Counted from the stretch's first letter, positions 29,110 through 40,786 are shown. The stretch is 64,000 nt of DNA from an uncultured delta proteobacterium (GCA_963847605.1 CAWKAM010000009.1:12028-76027); one strand, 5' to 3'. Notes: generated by a model not told the origin, from the letters alone. Numbers and translations are program-made.

Positions 29110-31008
29110 TCAGCTGATGAGGGATACGACTGTTTGGGTGAGATACTTGGGATTACCCTCCTTGGGCAGCCAGATATTAACCTGTGTAGAAGGCCTCTTC
29201 ATCTTGGCCATCCATGCCCCTATCTGCTCGGGCTTAATGGAGATGCAGAAGAGCTCGTTCCATGTATTCATAAAGAGCACATCCAGCTCACGTATAGAAT
29301 GCAGACTGTCAGGGCATTCAATGTTTGCGACAATAACCACGTGCCTGGCGTATTTGTCTTCCATAAGAGATGAACGGTCAAGGCCGATGGAGCTGGCATC
29401 CGGGATCAGCGCGTTGAGCCTCCATAACAGAGATTGAATGTCGAACAGCACCACCTTGGATGCATTGGGGATCATGTGGAAGGCGGTGGATGCATCGAAG
29501 CGTTTGTTGTAGACAAGCCATGCAAGGATCTTGGTCACCCTGTCAGATTCCATGATGGGTGCAACATCGCTCATTTCCGGAGACCGCTCGAAAATGCTCC
29601 AGATACCCTTTTTATAAACAAAGAAAAGGTCTCGATATGCGGGCTCCTTTTTCTTCACCCGCTTTTCAGACTCGATCTTCCCGTCTTTTGATACATAAAA
29701 GGCCTCAACTCTCCGCCTGAGGACCTCTACTTCAACATCCTCGTCAAGGGCTGAATGAACCATGTATGACTTGGCCCTGCGTATGAGTTGTACGGTGGCC
29801 AGTTTGAGGTATGCATGGATATCATCTCCGAACTCCCGATACTTTTCCACCCCCCATTCAGAGAATTCATTCAGCTCCTTGACGGCGTGGTAAGACCACC
29901 CCCATGACTTAACAATGTCCACCATCATCGACGATTTACCATCACGCTCCAGCTTGATAAGATCGGTGCTGCGAATATTGGGGTTCACCTTCAGGTAAAA
30001 ACACTTCCTGAGCAGATCAACCGTACGGTCATCACCCCGTAAACGGTAATAGTCCTCCACGCGGCGAAGGATTTGGTAATATGGATCAACGATGTCTTGC
30101 CCTACGGCATGGAAAACGTTTTTCTTAAGGACATCGCATAAGAGCACGTCCTTTGCCGATGTGTCCAGATAACTGGCGACAAGGGCCATCTTGAGGACCG
30201 ATTTCAGAGGATCGTCGAGTGCCTTGTGCATCTGCCACAATGCCGCCCCCAGGAGCTCTTGTTCAGGTATGGATTCAAGATTGCCGAGATCGATGATATC
30301 TTCATCATTTGAGCTGGATTGCGAATGCACTATTGTTCGCATCTTTTCATAGGTATCTTTCTCCGTCTCAGGAGATACGACCCACCAAAGCGGTACCCTC
30401 CCTTCGATGAGGGTCAAGGTACGGTAGAACTCTTCCTTAAGGATGCTCTTCAGGGCCGAGCCGGAACCCTCCTGGGATACAGAGCCGAATTTGTTGGCTT
30501 TGATATCCTTAAGGTCCATGAGGAAAAAGTGAATATCGAGAAGGTATTTACCGGCAATCCACCGCTGGATAAGCTTCAGCTTCTTTTCGAGGGACCTGAG
30601 TCTATCAGGCTCGATGCGCTTGGCATCCACCACCACCCAGATGTCATAGTCCGATTCTCTCGTCTGAGCAAGGCTACCCACCGATCCAATGGTGAATAAC
30701 CCTTCGATCTCGTGCTGCCGAGGGATATAATCCTGTATTCTCCCTAGATTGACCCTGGAGGTGAGAAGCGACCCGATGTCTCTGAATGTCTGTGAAGGCC
30801 ACTCCATGTATTTGATGCCGCATGGGCAGTCCCCATGCTCCACATAACCGGGCAGATTGGGGTGATTGATATGTATCAGCAAGGGTAATAGTTCAAGGAT
30901 GACCCGCGCACCCCCCGGGTCACACTTGTACATAATGTCCTTCTTGTAGCGGTTGTAGCTTGTAAAGGCCCTCAGACCGCTTGAAACACTTGTATCCGGA
31001 TGTCTCAT
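29110..31008 (-). CDS. cyaA: Class I adenylate cyclase, catalytic region
   Basis: 'LLPLLIHINHPNLPGY', 'GSVGSLAQTRESDYDIWVV', 'HFFLMDL' and 'RCFYLKV' match enterobacterial CyaA catalytic-domain landmarks, recalled from memory. 632 aa, so shorter than E. coli CyaA. Confidence 0.75.
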   Translation of the reverse strand: MRHPDTSVSSGLRAFTSYNRYKKDIMYKCDPGGARVILELLPLLIHINHPNLPGYVEHGDCPCGIKYMEWPSQTFRDIGSLLTSRVNLGRIQDYIPRQHEIEGLFTIGSVGSLAQTRESDYDIWVVVDAKRIEPDRLRSLEKKLKLIQRWIAGKYLLDIHFFLMDLKDIKANKFGSVSQEGSGSALKSILKEEFYRTLTLIEGRVPLWWVVSPETEKDTYEKMRTIVHSQSSSNDEDIIDLGNLESIPEQELLGAALWQMHKALDDPLKSVLKMALVASYLDTSAKDVLLCDVLKKNVFHAVGQDIVDPYYQILRRVEDYYRLRGDDRTVDLLRKCFYLKVNPNIRSTDLIKLERDGKSSMMVDIVKSWGWSYHAVKELNEFSEWGVEKYREFGDDIHAYLKLATVQLIRRAKSYMVHSALDEDVEVEVLRRRVEAFYVSKDGKIESEKRVKKKEPAYRDLFFVYKKGIWSIFERSPEMSDVAPIMESDRVTKILAWLVYNKRFDASTAFHMIPNASKVVLFDIQSLLWRLNALIPDASSIGLDRSSLMEDKYARHVVIVANIECPDSLHSIRELDVLFMNTWNELFCISIKPEQIGAWMAKMKRPSTQVNIWLPKEGNPKYLTQTVVSLIS

Positions 31009-31024
31009 TAATGTGCTTATCGCA

Positions 31025-31804
31025 CTATACTTCCCGCGACTTTAGGCGCCAGCTTATGAGGATTAACCCAATGACTACCATGATCATGCAAAGAAGCTGT
31101 CCCATGGTAAAAGGCCCGATGATAAAACCGAGCTGTGGGTCAGGCTCCCTGAAGAACTCCAAGGAAAATCGAATGATTCCGTAGCAGGTAAGGAAAACGC
31201 CGAATAACATGCCATGAACGCTTACCTTCCTGCTGACGAGATAGACGATGATGAAAAGGAGAAGACCTTCAGACAGGGCCTCATAGATCTGGGAAGGATG
31301 CCTCGGCAAAGGCCCGCCATTGGGGAATATCATACCCCAGGGGGCGTTTGTCACCCTTCCATAGAGCTCGGCATTGATGAAGTTGCCGATGCGGCCGAAA
31401 AAGAGGCCGGGAGTTGCGCCTATTGCACCGATATCGGCCAGCATAAGGAACGGCTTCTTGCGTGATATCGAGAAGATCCACCCGGTGAGGACCAGGCCTG
31501 CCAGGCCTCCATGAAACGACATCCCACCTTCCCATACGGCAAGAAACTTTAAAGGGTGGGAAAGATAATATCCTGGATTGTAAATAAGGCAGTAACCCAC
31601 ACGAGCCCCTATAACGAGTCCAAGTATGCAGTAGGTGATGAGATCTTCCACCTCGGTCTTTGTCATGGGGAGCTTTCTGCGGCGGCAGAGATCCATTATG
31701 ACAAAGTACGCTACTATGAAGCCGATGATATACATAAGACCATACCATCTCAGCTGCAAAGGGCCCATATGGATAAGCACAGGATCAATCTGGGGGTATC
31801 TCAT
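31025..31804 (-). CDS. lgt: Prolipoprotein diacylglyceryl transferase
   Basis: 'LRWYGLMYIIGF', 'GGMSFHGGLAG' and 'GRIGNFINAELYGR' Lgt signature regions. Confidence 0.9.
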   Translation of the reverse strand: MRYPQIDPVLIHMGPLQLRWYGLMYIIGFIVAYFVIMDLCRRRKLPMTKTEVEDLITYCILGLVIGARVGYCLIYNPGYYLSHPLKFLAVWEGGMSFHGGLAGLVLTGWIFSISRKKPFLMLADIGAIGATPGLFFGRIGNFINAELYGRVTNAPWGMIFPNGGPLPRHPSQIYEALSEGLLLFIIVYLVSRKVSVHGMLFGVFLTCYGIIRFSLEFFREPDPQLGFIIGPFTMGQLLCMIMVVIGLILISWRLKSREV

Positions 31805-32016
31805 GGACTAAGGTGTTCTCATATCTCACACCTGTAAGTCAAGGATCTCGGTCCTTTGGGGTTAAAGGGGATCTCTTGAAGGTGGATACTTGATGATGGG
31901 TCTATTTACGATTTGTATTCCATAATTATTTATCTTTTATGGATAATTCCTCAGGTAGCCTTGACTAAATTGTGCTGAATTGCTATTGTTCCCTATACAG
32001 GAAAGGGAAATTGCTC

Positions 32017-32520
32017 ATGTTCAAGGTCGGAGATATAGTCGTATATCCAGCACATGGGGTTGCTGAAGTGGAATCGGTGGAGGACAGAGAGATCTCGGGC
32101 AGTAAAATGTCTTTCATCATACTGAAGATCATCGATACCCAGATGACAGTCATGGTCCCCGTGTCAAATGTAAAGAATGTCGGCATCCGAGAACTCATTA
32201 AAAATAAAGGGATCGATCAGGTCATTGACATCCTTAAACAGAGATCCGTTCATGTCGACAACCAGACATGGAACCGCCGGTATCGCGAGTACATGGAGAA
32301 GATCAAAAGCGGTTCGGCCTATGAGATCGCAGAGGTATTGAGGGACCTTAATATCCTCAAACGGGGGAAGGAACTCTCTTTCGGTGAGAGGAAGATGTAT
32401 GACACTGCCAAGAACCTCCTGGTTAACGAGATTTCGATATCAAAGAAAATTGAAAAAAAAGATGCTGAAAAGATGATCCTTTCCGCAATGGGGAAAATCG
32501 ACACGGCATCATCTTCTTAA
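32017..32520 (+). CDS. CarD/CdnL family transcriptional regulator
   Basis: AGGAAAGGGA RBS. N-terminal 'MFKVGDIVVYPAHGVAEV' RNAP-interacting domain. Confidence 0.8.
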   Translation: MFKVGDIVVYPAHGVAEVESVEDREISGSKMSFIILKIIDTQMTVMVPVSNVKNVGIRELIKNKGIDQVIDILKQRSVHVDNQTWNRRYREYMEKIKSGSAYEIAEVLRDLNILKRGKELSFGERKMYDTAKNLLVNEISISKKIEKKDAEKMILSAMGKIDTASSS

Positions 32521-32538
32521 ATAGGATAGGATATTGAT

Positions 32539-33525
32539 ATGAAATGGATGTTACGCATTCTCATTGCCTTGGTTGTCTTCTATGGATCCTTTCAGTATGC
32601 ATCTGAACAAATGAGAGGGGGGATCTGGATCATCGTCCTGCCGCTCATTTCCGAAATGTGTCTCATTGCCATTTTTTTCAGCGAAACAAAGGGCTTCAAG
32701 CTTCATCCCATGGCTTATGCAGGCGGCCTCGTCGGGACGATCCTTGGCCTTATCATCGGCAGCCTTTTAGGATATGTACTCATCGGGATCAATGCGAGTG
32801 GAATCTATCTCTTCATCCTCATCAATACCATGTTCGCCTATCTGGGCTACAGTGTCGGTCTCGCCTGGGGCAGAGAAATTTCCTCTCTCCCCATATTCCA
32901 TCAGAAATCAAAAGGCGAAAGCACCAGGCTGAAGATCCTCGATACGAGTGTTATCATTGACGGCAGGATTTCGGACATATCCGATGCCGGGTTCATCGAG
33001 GGGACATTGATCGCACCTCAGTTCATCCTGAACGAGCTGCAGCATATTGCCGATTCCTCCGACCCTCTCAAGCGAGCACGTGGAAGGCGTGGTCTCGATA
33101 TCCTCAACAAACTCCAGAAGAGCCCGAATGCCAAGATAGAGGTTATAGAGATAGACTTCCCCAAGATCAAAGAGGTCGACTCCAAGCTCATTGCTTTAGC
33201 CAAAGACCTCGGTGCAGATATCCTTACAAACGACTTCAACCTGAACAAGATCGCTCAGATCCAGGGTGTGGATGTTTTGAACATCAATCAGCTCGCCAAT
33301 GCGGTCAAACCCATTGTACTGCCTGGGGAAAGCCTGTCGGTAAATGTCACCAGAGCGGGTAAGGAGCGCGGTCAGGGTGTGGCGTACCTGGATGACGGGA
33401 CCATGGTCGTGGTAGAGCAAGGGGAGAGCCTTCTTAATCAGAGTATCGAAGTTGTTGTAACATCTATTCTCCAGACCCCCGCAGGCAGGATGATTTTCGC
33501 AGCACCTAAAAACAATGTCTCTTAG
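32539..33525 (+). CDS. PIN/TRAM-domain protein (YacL-like) with N-terminal membrane anchor
   Basis: Four N-terminal hydrophobic helices, a PIN-like 'LDTSVIIDGRI' region and a C-terminal TRAM-like barrel. Sits upstream of ispD, as in many genomes. Confidence 0.65.
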   Translation: MKWMLRILIALVVFYGSFQYASEQMRGGIWIIVLPLISEMCLIAIFFSETKGFKLHPMAYAGGLVGTILGLIIGSLLGYVLIGINASGIYLFILINTMFAYLGYSVGLAWGREISSLPIFHQKSKGESTRLKILDTSVIIDGRISDISDAGFIEGTLIAPQFILNELQHIADSSDPLKRARGRRGLDILNKLQKSPNAKIEVIEIDFPKIKEVDSKLIALAKDLGADILTNDFNLNKIAQIQGVDVLNINQLANAVKPIVLPGESLSVNVTRAGKERGQGVAYLDDGTMVVVEQGESLLNQSIEVVVTSILQTPAGRMIFAAPKNNVS

Positions 33526-34195
33526 CGCTCTCATCGTTGCCGGCGGCAGCGGAGCCCGGTTCGGCCTAAAAAAGCAGTTCCTCAATCTCCTCGGCGTTCC
33601 TGTCCTGAAGAGGTCGGTCTCCTGCTTCGATGCAACCACGGCAATCGACATGCTTGTTGTTGTCGTACCCGAAGAAGATATATCACAGACTCGGCAGATG
33701 CTCACTGATATGGGAAAAGAGCTTGTCATAACCAAAGGCGGCAGAACCAGGCAGGAATCGGTCATGAATGGATTGCGGTGCGCCCATGAAAGCCATGCAG
33801 TGCTTATCCATGACGGGGTAAGACCGCTTGTCTCCTCAAGCCTCATCGACCGAGTGATCGGGGGCCTAGAAGGTGTTGACGGGTGCATCCCCGTCCTTGA
33901 GATGACCGATACCTTGAAAAAGGCACATAATGGTATGGTAGTGGAAACCATACCACGGGGAGGCCTCTATCAGGTCCAGACCCCCCAGGCCTTTGTCACA
34001 AAAACACTTCTGGAGGCACATGAAAAGGCCCTTCAAGATGGCTCGTTCCAGTTCACCGACGACAGTGCCCTCTTGGAGGCAGCAGGAAAAACGGTAAGAA
34101 TCGTTGAGGGTGATCCGCTTAATGTAAAGATTACCTTCAAGGACGATATCATTATGGCGGAGGCAATCCTAAGATGCCGTACAGGGTTGGAATAG
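33515..34195 (+). CDS. ispD: 2-C-methyl-D-erythritol 4-phosphate cytidylyltransferase
   Basis: 'ALIVAGGSGARFG...KQFL' N-terminus. 226 aa. Confidence 0.9.
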   Translation: MSLSALIVAGGSGARFGLKKQFLNLLGVPVLKRSVSCFDATTAIDMLVVVVPEEDISQTRQMLTDMGKELVITKGGRTRQESVMNGLRCAHESHAVLIHDGVRPLVSSSLIDRVIGGLEGVDGCIPVLEMTDTLKKAHNGMVVETIPRGGLYQVQTPQAFVTKTLLEAHEKALQDGSFQFTDDSALLEAAGKTVRIVEGDPLNVKITFKDDIIMAEAILRCRTGLE

Positions 34196-34650
34196 GCTTC
34201 GACATTCATAGACTGGTTGAAGGCAGGTCCCTGATCCTCGGAGGTGTAACCATCCGACATGATAAAGGGCTGCTCGGCCATTCCGATGGTGACGTGATCA
34301 TCCACTCGGTGTGTGATGCAATCCTGGGCGCCCTTGCGAAGACAGACATCGGCGAGATGTATCCCGACACCTCACAAGAAACCGAGGGCATGAACTCTCT
34401 GAACATGCTGCAAGCTATCATGGAAACAGCGGCAAGCAATTATGCGCTTGTCAACATCGACATCAACTGCATCTGCGAAAGACCGAAACTGGCCGGCTAC
34501 CGGTCTGAAATGATCAACACCATTGCAATGGCGGCAGGTATTGATCCATCGGCTGTTTCAGTAAAATTCCGTACCCACGAGGGCCTCGGGGATATCGGCG
34601 AAGGCCGGGCCATCGCTGCTCAGGCCGTGGTGCTCCTGGACAAGAAGTAA
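34174..34650 (+). CDS. ispF: 2-C-methyl-D-erythritol 2,4-cyclodiphosphate synthase
   Basis: 'RVGIGFDIHRL' and 'GHSDGDV' metal-binding motifs. Overlaps ispD. Confidence 0.9.
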   Translation: MPYRVGIGFDIHRLVEGRSLILGGVTIRHDKGLLGHSDGDVIIHSVCDAILGALAKTDIGEMYPDTSQETEGMNSLNMLQAIMETAASNYALVNIDINCICERPKLAGYRSEMINTIAMAAGIDPSAVSVKFRTHEGLGDIGEGRAIAAQAVVLLDKK

Positions 34651-34740
34651 CCTCCAAAACCCTTTATCCTGAATCTCTCATGTGTTAACCTGTTATTCCC
34701 TGGAACGAACGTTACTTTAGGATGTACCTAAGGAGAAACC

Positions 34741-36174
34741 ATGGAACTGAACGTGTTCAACACCCCTTTCAAAAAAAAGAAAACCTTTGAGCCTCTGAAC
34801 GGCAATAACGTGGGCATGTACGTATGCGGGGTAACGGTCTACGACATGTGTCACATCGGTCATGCACGCTCTTTAATCGTCTTTGATGTCATATCACGGT
34901 TCTTAAGGAGTAAGGGTTATAAGCTTACCTATGTAAGAAACTTCACGGATATCGATGACAAGATTATTTCCAGGGCCAATGCACTCGGTACATCCTATCG
35001 AGAAGTGGCGGACCGCTACATCGATGAATTTAAGACCGACATGGAGATTTTAAAAGTACTGCCTGCCGATAGAGAACCCAAGGCTACGGACCACATTAAG
35101 GACATTATCGAGATGGTTCGCCGCCTCGAGGATAAAGGCTTTGCCTATAAGGCAGGTGACGGCAGCGTGTATTTCAGTGTTTCGAAGTTTAAGAGTTACG
35201 GGAGCCTCAGCGGGAGAAAGACAGAAGAAATGATCGCCGGTGCCAGGGTCGACATTGAGGAGCTGAAAAAGGACCCGCTTGATTTTGCATTATGGAAGCG
35301 AAGCAAGGAAGGCGAGCCCTGGTGGGAGAGCCCCTGGTCCAAGGGCAGGCCGGGGTGGCATATCGAGTGCTCGGCCATGAGCACGCATTTTTTAGGCCCC
35401 ACCCTTGATATCCACGGAGGTGGCAGAGACCTTATCTTTCCCCATCACGAGAATGAGACCGCCCAATCCGAATGTGCCTATGGGGTCCCCTTTGTCAGGC
35501 ACTGGATACACAATGGATTCGTTACCGTGGATGGGGAGAAGATGAGCAAGTCACTTGGCAACTTCATGACCATCCGCGAGCTCACCAAAGACGTACACCC
35601 TGAGATATTGAGGCTGCTTATGTTGTCTCACCATTATCGGAGCCCTATTGATTTCTCACATGATGCCCTGAGTACGGTAAGACATTCCCTAATACGTTTC
35701 TATGAGATGCTGGATAGGGTTGCCCATACTGCTGCAGACAGCCAGGATTCTCGCCTTGAAGGACACATCAATACCTTCATCGCAGAGTTGGATGAGGCCA
35801 TGGCTGATGATTTCAATACGGCTAAGGCCATTGCCTCCCTGCACGATCTCACTACAGAGATCAACCGGGCCCTGGACCAGTACCCCAAGGTATCCAAGCA
35901 AGACACAGCAAAACTTGCCAATGCGATTAAAGAGATCACCGAGGTTTTTGGCATACTCACGGAAGAACCGGCACTATTCCTGGAATCTATGAAAAGAGGC
36001 AGTGTACAGGTAACAGGCCTCACGGAACAGGAGATATGGAGACTTATCAATGAGAGAAACCTTGCCAGGAAGACACGAGACTTTAAAAAGGCTGATGAAA
36101 TAAGGGTCATGCTTAAGAACAAGGGCATTCAGCTGAAAGACTCCCCTGAAGGTACTGTCTGGGAAAGGATCTAA
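34741..36174 (+). CDS. cysS: Cysteinyl-tRNA synthetase
   Basis: 'CHIGHARS' HIGH motif and 'KMSKSLGN' KMSKS motif. Confidence 0.9.
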   Translation: MELNVFNTPFKKKKTFEPLNGNNVGMYVCGVTVYDMCHIGHARSLIVFDVISRFLRSKGYKLTYVRNFTDIDDKIISRANALGTSYREVADRYIDEFKTDMEILKVLPADREPKATDHIKDIIEMVRRLEDKGFAYKAGDGSVYFSVSKFKSYGSLSGRKTEEMIAGARVDIEELKKDPLDFALWKRSKEGEPWWESPWSKGRPGWHIECSAMSTHFLGPTLDIHGGGRDLIFPHHENETAQSECAYGVPFVRHWIHNGFVTVDGEKMSKSLGNFMTIRELTKDVHPEILRLLMLSHHYRSPIDFSHDALSTVRHSLIRFYEMLDRVAHTAADSQDSRLEGHINTFIAELDEAMADDFNTAKAIASLHDLTTEINRALDQYPKVSKQDTAKLANAIKEITEVFGILTEEPALFLESMKRGSVQVTGLTEQEIWRLINERNLARKTRDFKKADEIRVMLKNKGIQLKDSPEGTVWERI

Positions 36175-38168
36175 TGGGTTATAAACTCGTCTCGCCCTTC
36201 AGCCCGCAGGGCGACCAGCCTCAGGCAATAGATGCGCTATGCGAGGGTATTGAACGCGGTACGCGCGACCAGGTCCTCCTCGGGGTGACCGGTTCGGGTA
36301 AGACCTTTACCATGGCATGCGTGATCGAGCGTACCGGCAGGCCCGCCCTCGTAATCGCACCTAACAAGATTCTGGCGGCTCAGCTTTACGGGGAGTTCCG
36401 GGAGCTCTTCCCGGACAATGCGGTAGAATATTTTATCAGTTACTACGATTACTACCAGCCCGAGGCATATGTGCCATCACGGGACCTGTACATCGAGAAG
36501 GACTCCTCCATCAACGAAGATATCGACAAGCTCAGACACAGGGCTACACGCGCTCTATTCGAACAGCAGGAGTGCATCATCGTGGCCTCTGTTTCCTGCA
36601 TCTACGGCCTCGGCTCACCCGAGGCCTACCAGGGTATGCTCCTCTACCTGGAAGAAGGCCGTGCTTTTACGCGGGACGAGATCCTGAAAAAGCTCGTAGA
36701 GATCCAGTACGAGCGCAATGACCTTGATTTCCACCGAGGCACCTTCCGGGTCAGGGGTGATGTCATCGAGGTCTTTCCGGTTCACGAGGATGAGATCGCC
36801 ATCCGTATCGAGCTCTTTGGCGATGATATTGAGATGCTCTGGCAAATCGATACTATCCGTAACAAGAAGATCAAGCGGATAGGCCATTTTCCCATCTACC
36901 CGGCCTCTCACTACGTGACCCCGAGATCTATCCTGCTGGATGCCATCGATGCCGTCAAAGAAGAGCTGAAAGAACGGATCGCATTCTACCAGGCGCATAA
37001 CCGGCTCATCGAGGCGCAGCGTATCGAGGAAAGGACACGATACGACCTTGAAATGCTCATGGAAACCGGGAGTTGCAAGGGGATCGAGAACTATTCCAGG
37101 CACCTCACCGGGCGCAGACCGGGCGAGCCCCCACCTACCCTCATGGATTACCTTCCCAAAAACACCCTCGTGTTCCTGGATGAGTCACACGTGGGTGTAC
37201 CCCAGCTCATCGGCATGTACCGGGGCGACCACTCAAGAAAATCCACCCTCGTGGAATACGGGTTCAGGCTGCCGTCAGCCCTGGACAATCGGCCACTGCG
37301 GTTTGATGAGTTCAACCGGATCGTCAACTCAATCGTTTATGTCTCAGCCACCCCGGGTGACTATGAGCTGAAGCAGACCAAGGGGAACGTCGTGGAGCAG
37401 GTAGTGAGGCCTACGGGCCTGCTGGACCCGGTCGTTGAGATCAAACCCGCAACGGGCCAGGTGGATGATCTCTACCGCGAGATCAGGAAGACCGTGGATA
37501 ACGGGGGGCGAGTGCTTGTCACCACACTTACCAAAAGGATGTCAGAGGAGCTCACCGATTATTTTCAGGGGCTTGATATCAAGATAAAATACATGCACTC
37601 AGATATCGACACACTGGAGAGGATCGAGCTTGTCAAGGGCCTGAGGGAGGGCGTCTTTGACGTGCTGGTCGGCATTAACCTCTTACGGGAAGGGCTTGAC
37701 ATCCCTGAGGTGACGCTCGTCGCCATATTGGATGCCGACAAGGAAGGCTTCCTGCGATCCGAGCGCTCGCTCATTCAGACTTCAGGCAGGGCGGCCAGGA
37801 ACATCAACGGCAAGGTCATCATGTATGCCGACAGGAAGACTGCATCCATTGAGAAGGCATACTCCGAGACCATCAGGAGAAGACAGAAGCAAGAGCAGTA
37901 TAATAAGGCCAACAATATCACACCCAGGAGCATCCAGAAGAACATCCGGGATATCCTTGCATCCATATATGAGCGTGACTATCCTGACATCTCGGCGCAG
38001 ATCAAGACATCAATGGGTACGATCGAGATCAGGAGGGTAAAGGAGACGATAAAGGAACTGGAAAAAAAGATGATGAAGGCCGCCCAGGACCTTCGGTTTG
38101 AGGAGGCAGCCGAGATCAGGGATGAGATCAAGCGGCTGAAACGAATCCACCTGGCGGTGGAGGGATGA
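36174..38168 (+). CDS. uvrB: Excinuclease ABC subunit B
   Basis: Walker A 'GVTGSGKT', a helicase C domain and the C-terminal UvrB/UvrC-interaction motif '[11 protein letters not shown]'. Confidence 0.95.
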   Translation: MGYKLVSPFSPQGDQPQAIDALCEGIERGTRDQVLLGVTGSGKTFTMACVIERTGRPALVIAPNKILAAQLYGEFRELFPDNAVEYFISYYDYYQPEAYVPSRDLYIEKDSSINEDIDKLRHRATRALFEQQECIIVASVSCIYGLGSPEAYQGMLLYLEEGRAFTRDEILKKLVEIQYERNDLDFHRGTFRVRGDVIEVFPVHEDEIAIRIELFGDDIEMLWQIDTIRNKKIKRIGHFPIYPASHYVTPRSILLDAIDAVKEELKERIAFYQAHNRLIEAQRIEERTRYDLEMLMETGSCKGIENYSRHLTGRRPGEPPPTLMDYLPKNTLVFLDESHVGVPQLIGMYRGDHSRKSTLVEYGFRLPSALDNRPLRFDEFNRIVNSIVYVSATPGDYELKQTKGNVVEQVVRPTGLLDPVVEIKPATGQVDDLYREIRKTVDNGGRVLVTTLTKRMSEELTDYFQGLDIKIKYMHSDIDTLERIELVKGLREGVFDVLVGINLLREGLDIPEVTLVAILDADKEGFLRSERSLIQTSGRAARNINGKVIMYADRKTASIEKAYSETIRRRQKQEQYNKANNITPRSIQKNIRDILASIYERDYPDISAQIKTSMGTIEIRRVKETIKELEKKMMKAAQDLRFEEAAEIRDEIKRLKRIHLAVEG

Positions 38169-38878
38169 GCATGAGACTAGACTTGGAAGGGCTGGATTAC
38201 GATATCCGCAGGGAGGGAAATCTTACCTTCATCTATAGACCTGACATGGCTCAGTTGTGGGATATGGCTTGTAAACAGGAACCTCTCGGGAAAATCTCCT
38301 TGTTAAATGGGAGATCCCCTCTGAGGTACATAGAACCCGATATGGTAGTTCGGACCCTTATGCATGGCGGCCTCTTCAGGCATATCACAGGAAAGAGATT
38401 TTTAACTCCGAATCGGACCATAAGGGAACTCAAGGCGAGTGCCCATCTTATTTCTCGTGGCATACTCACACCGGAAATTATCGCTGTAAGGCTGATTAAA
38501 GAAGGGCCTTTTTACGCCATCGATGTGATTTCGAGGCTCATACCGGGCGCCATTGATCTCCTCATGTATCTTGAAACTGTGCGTGAAGACAGCGCAGAGC
38601 TGTTAAAAAAATCCGGTATGCTCATCAGAAAAATTCACGATTCAGGAGTATATCACGCGGATCTCCACATTAAAAATCTACTCTTGGATGACACCAAGAA
38701 CCTGTGGGTGCTCGATCTTGATAAGGCGCATCAGTTCGACAGGCTGCCTGGAATCATGAAACAGATGAATCTGAAACGTTTTATGAGGTCCGTAAAAAAA
38801 TGGCTGGCAAAAGGCCGGATCCATCTGCCTCATGAATGGACTTCTATATTTTTGAATGGGTATTATCGTTCATCATAG
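38165..38878 (+). CDS. Lipopolysaccharide kinase (Kdo/WaaP) family protein, KdkA-like
   Basis: 237 aa with '[12 protein letters not shown]' catalytic loop and 'VLDLDKA'. ATGA-coupled to uvrB. Confidence 0.55.
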   Translation: MSMRLDLEGLDYDIRREGNLTFIYRPDMAQLWDMACKQEPLGKISLLNGRSPLRYIEPDMVVRTLMHGGLFRHITGKRFLTPNRTIRELKASAHLISRGILTPEIIAVRLIKEGPFYAIDVISRLIPGAIDLLMYLETVREDSAELLKKSGMLIRKIHDSGVYHADLHIKNLLLDDTKNLWVLDLDKAHQFDRLPGIMKQMNLKRFMRSVKKWLAKGRIHLPHEWTSIFLNGYYRSS

Positions 38879-38952
38879 TGATAAGCATGTGCGGCCGGCC
38901 GGATTCAGAGAATCAGGTTATCATTTTCTGCAGGAGCCTTCATCAGATATAT

Positions 38953-39783
38953 TTAGTTTTCCTCTGCCAATGCCAGGATCGCCTTTCGGACATCATCCAT
39001 CAGGCGATCCCGCTCATCCAGACTATAATGCGAGGCATCTATGGGTTCACCAATATTCACCTGGACCTGTTGCCCAAGATAGAATTCAAATCTATCAGGC
39101 TTGAGTATATTCTCCGAGCCTTTGATGCCGACTGGGATGATGACTGCACCTGTCTGAAGGGCGAGCATGAAACCACCCTTTTTGAATTCACCGAGTCTAC
39201 CGGTGCGCGATCTTGTACCCTCAGGTGCTACCCAGAGCACTATGCCGCCCTGCATCATTCTGCGTGCTTCATCAAGGTCTTTGAGGGCCTGCTCATGATC
39301 TTTCCGATCGATAGAAATAAATTCAGCCGCCTTCATACCTCTGCCCCATAGGGGGACCTTAAAGAGTTCTTTCTTGGTCAGCATACGTATGCTGCTGGGT
39401 AGAGAGACATAGATGAGAGGGATATCATAATGGCTCCGGTGGTTTGACATGATGATGTATGGCCGACCTGGTGTTATGCTGACATCATAGATTTTTTTTA
39501 CATCCCAGGATGCTTCTACAGACCGGAGAAGAAGGGCAGACCACCATCTGAGTACATTGTTTGCGTGTTCCCTGTCATAGGTATTGGTTAACCTCATGTA
39601 GAGCACATATATTGAGATTGCTAAAGTTGAGGCGATCGTTATTGCTATGATGGAGATCTTCTTTAGGAATGATGCCTTCATCGCGGAACCTCTCTTCTGT
39701 TCAGTATATGGATGACTCATGATGAGACCGGCTTCATGGAGGCGATCTTCTTGATGTTGCGGGGATGTAGGTTGGTTGTCCAA
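38953..39783 (-). CDS. 1-acyl-sn-glycerol-3-phosphate acyltransferase (PlsC/LPLAT family)
   Basis: N-terminal TM. 'NHRSHYD' HX4D motif and 'PEGTRS' motif. Confidence 0.75.
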   Translation of the reverse strand: MDNQPTSPQHQEDRLHEAGLIMSHPYTEQKRGSAMKASFLKKISIIAITIASTLAISIYVLYMRLTNTYDREHANNVLRWWSALLLRSVEASWDVKKIYDVSITPGRPYIIMSNHRSHYDIPLIYVSLPSSIRMLTKKELFKVPLWGRGMKAAEFISIDRKDHEQALKDLDEARRMMQGGIVLWVAPEGTRSRTGRLGEFKKGGFMLALQTGAVIIPVGIKGSENILKPDRFEFYLGQQVQVNIGEPIDASHYSLDERDRLMDDVRKAILALAEEN

Positions 39784-40176
39784 TCAGTTCTTCCTCCTTT
39801 TTTTCTCCTTTAGTTTCTTCTGGACAAATTCATGCTCTTTTTTTAGATGATCGACCAGGTCGCTGAACTTCCAGGAAATGTTCTCCCTGGTGACCATGGC
39901 AAAAATGGGTAGCGGAAGTTCTTTCTTCTTTGCCTCGTTCATGATCTTGTGGATGACTTCCGCAGGAACATTGAAGAAAAGCATTATCTTCTCGTCTGAG
40001 TCAAGGGGTTCCTCTCCCCTCTTGTCTGAAAAGAGGATCTCGTGGACCAGGAGATAGCCCTGATCAGGATCAATGATGACTGTCTGCGGAGCGGCGAGCC
40101 CCTGGAGAAACTTGTTGAACCTGTCCTTTTCATCGCTGTTGAAACCCCAGAATAGAATTTTCGGGCTTGTGTCCAT
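39784..40176 (-). CDS. Hypothetical protein
   Basis: 130 aa. Stop abuts the plsC-like start, implying co-translation. No motif recognised. Confidence 0.4.
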   Translation of the reverse strand: MDTSPKILFWGFNSDEKDRFNKFLQGLAAPQTVIIDPDQGYLLVHEILFSDKRGEEPLDSDEKIMLFFNVPAEVIHKIMNEAKKKELPLPIFAMVTRENISWKFSDLVDHLKKEHEFVQKKLKEKKRRKN

Positions 40177-40385
40177 ATCCTCTCCTTGATGAATGAAACT
40201 TGCTTAAGGCCTTGCATGATTCGCTCATATGATAACACGAGGGAACATATCTGGTACATCCCATCTTTATGCTTGATACTTGAGAATTCATCATTGAAAT
40301 CATACAGAGAACGGAAATGGCTTTACTAATGTAATTATTTCGTTATACCGATAAACTTAAGATATCACTTAGGAGGTTACCGTAC

Positions 40386-40673
40386 ATGAGGTGCCCAAAA
40401 TGTGGTTATATCAGTTATGATTACTTAGACCGATGCAAGAGCTGCGGGGAAGACCTTGTCCCCAGCAAGATAAAACTCAACATCTATACAAAACAGCCGG
40501 AAATCGAGATCAGCGATGAAGGCTTTGCGGTCGAAAAACTAGATGAAGAGCGCAAAGACCTTCTCGGCCAGGAAACACCCCGAAAAAGCAAGGAAGTTTC
40601 AATGGATGATGTTCTCAAAGAAGAGGGTGAAACCCTTGAAAGCTTTGATTTCAGCGAAGACGAAAAGTCTTGA
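40386..40673 (+). CDS. Small zinc-ribbon protein
   Basis: GGAGG RBS. 'CPKCGY...CKSCG' double CxxC at the N-terminus, with an acidic tail. Confidence 0.55.
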   Translation: MRCPKCGYISYDYLDRCKSCGEDLVPSKIKLNIYTKQPEIEISDEGFAVEKLDEERKDLLGQETPRKSKEVSMDDVLKEEGETLESFDFSEDEKS

Positions 40674-40710
40674 CAAGCCCCCCCAAATTCCAATACACAT
40701 CCAAGCGGTT

Positions 40711-40786
<76 letters not shown>

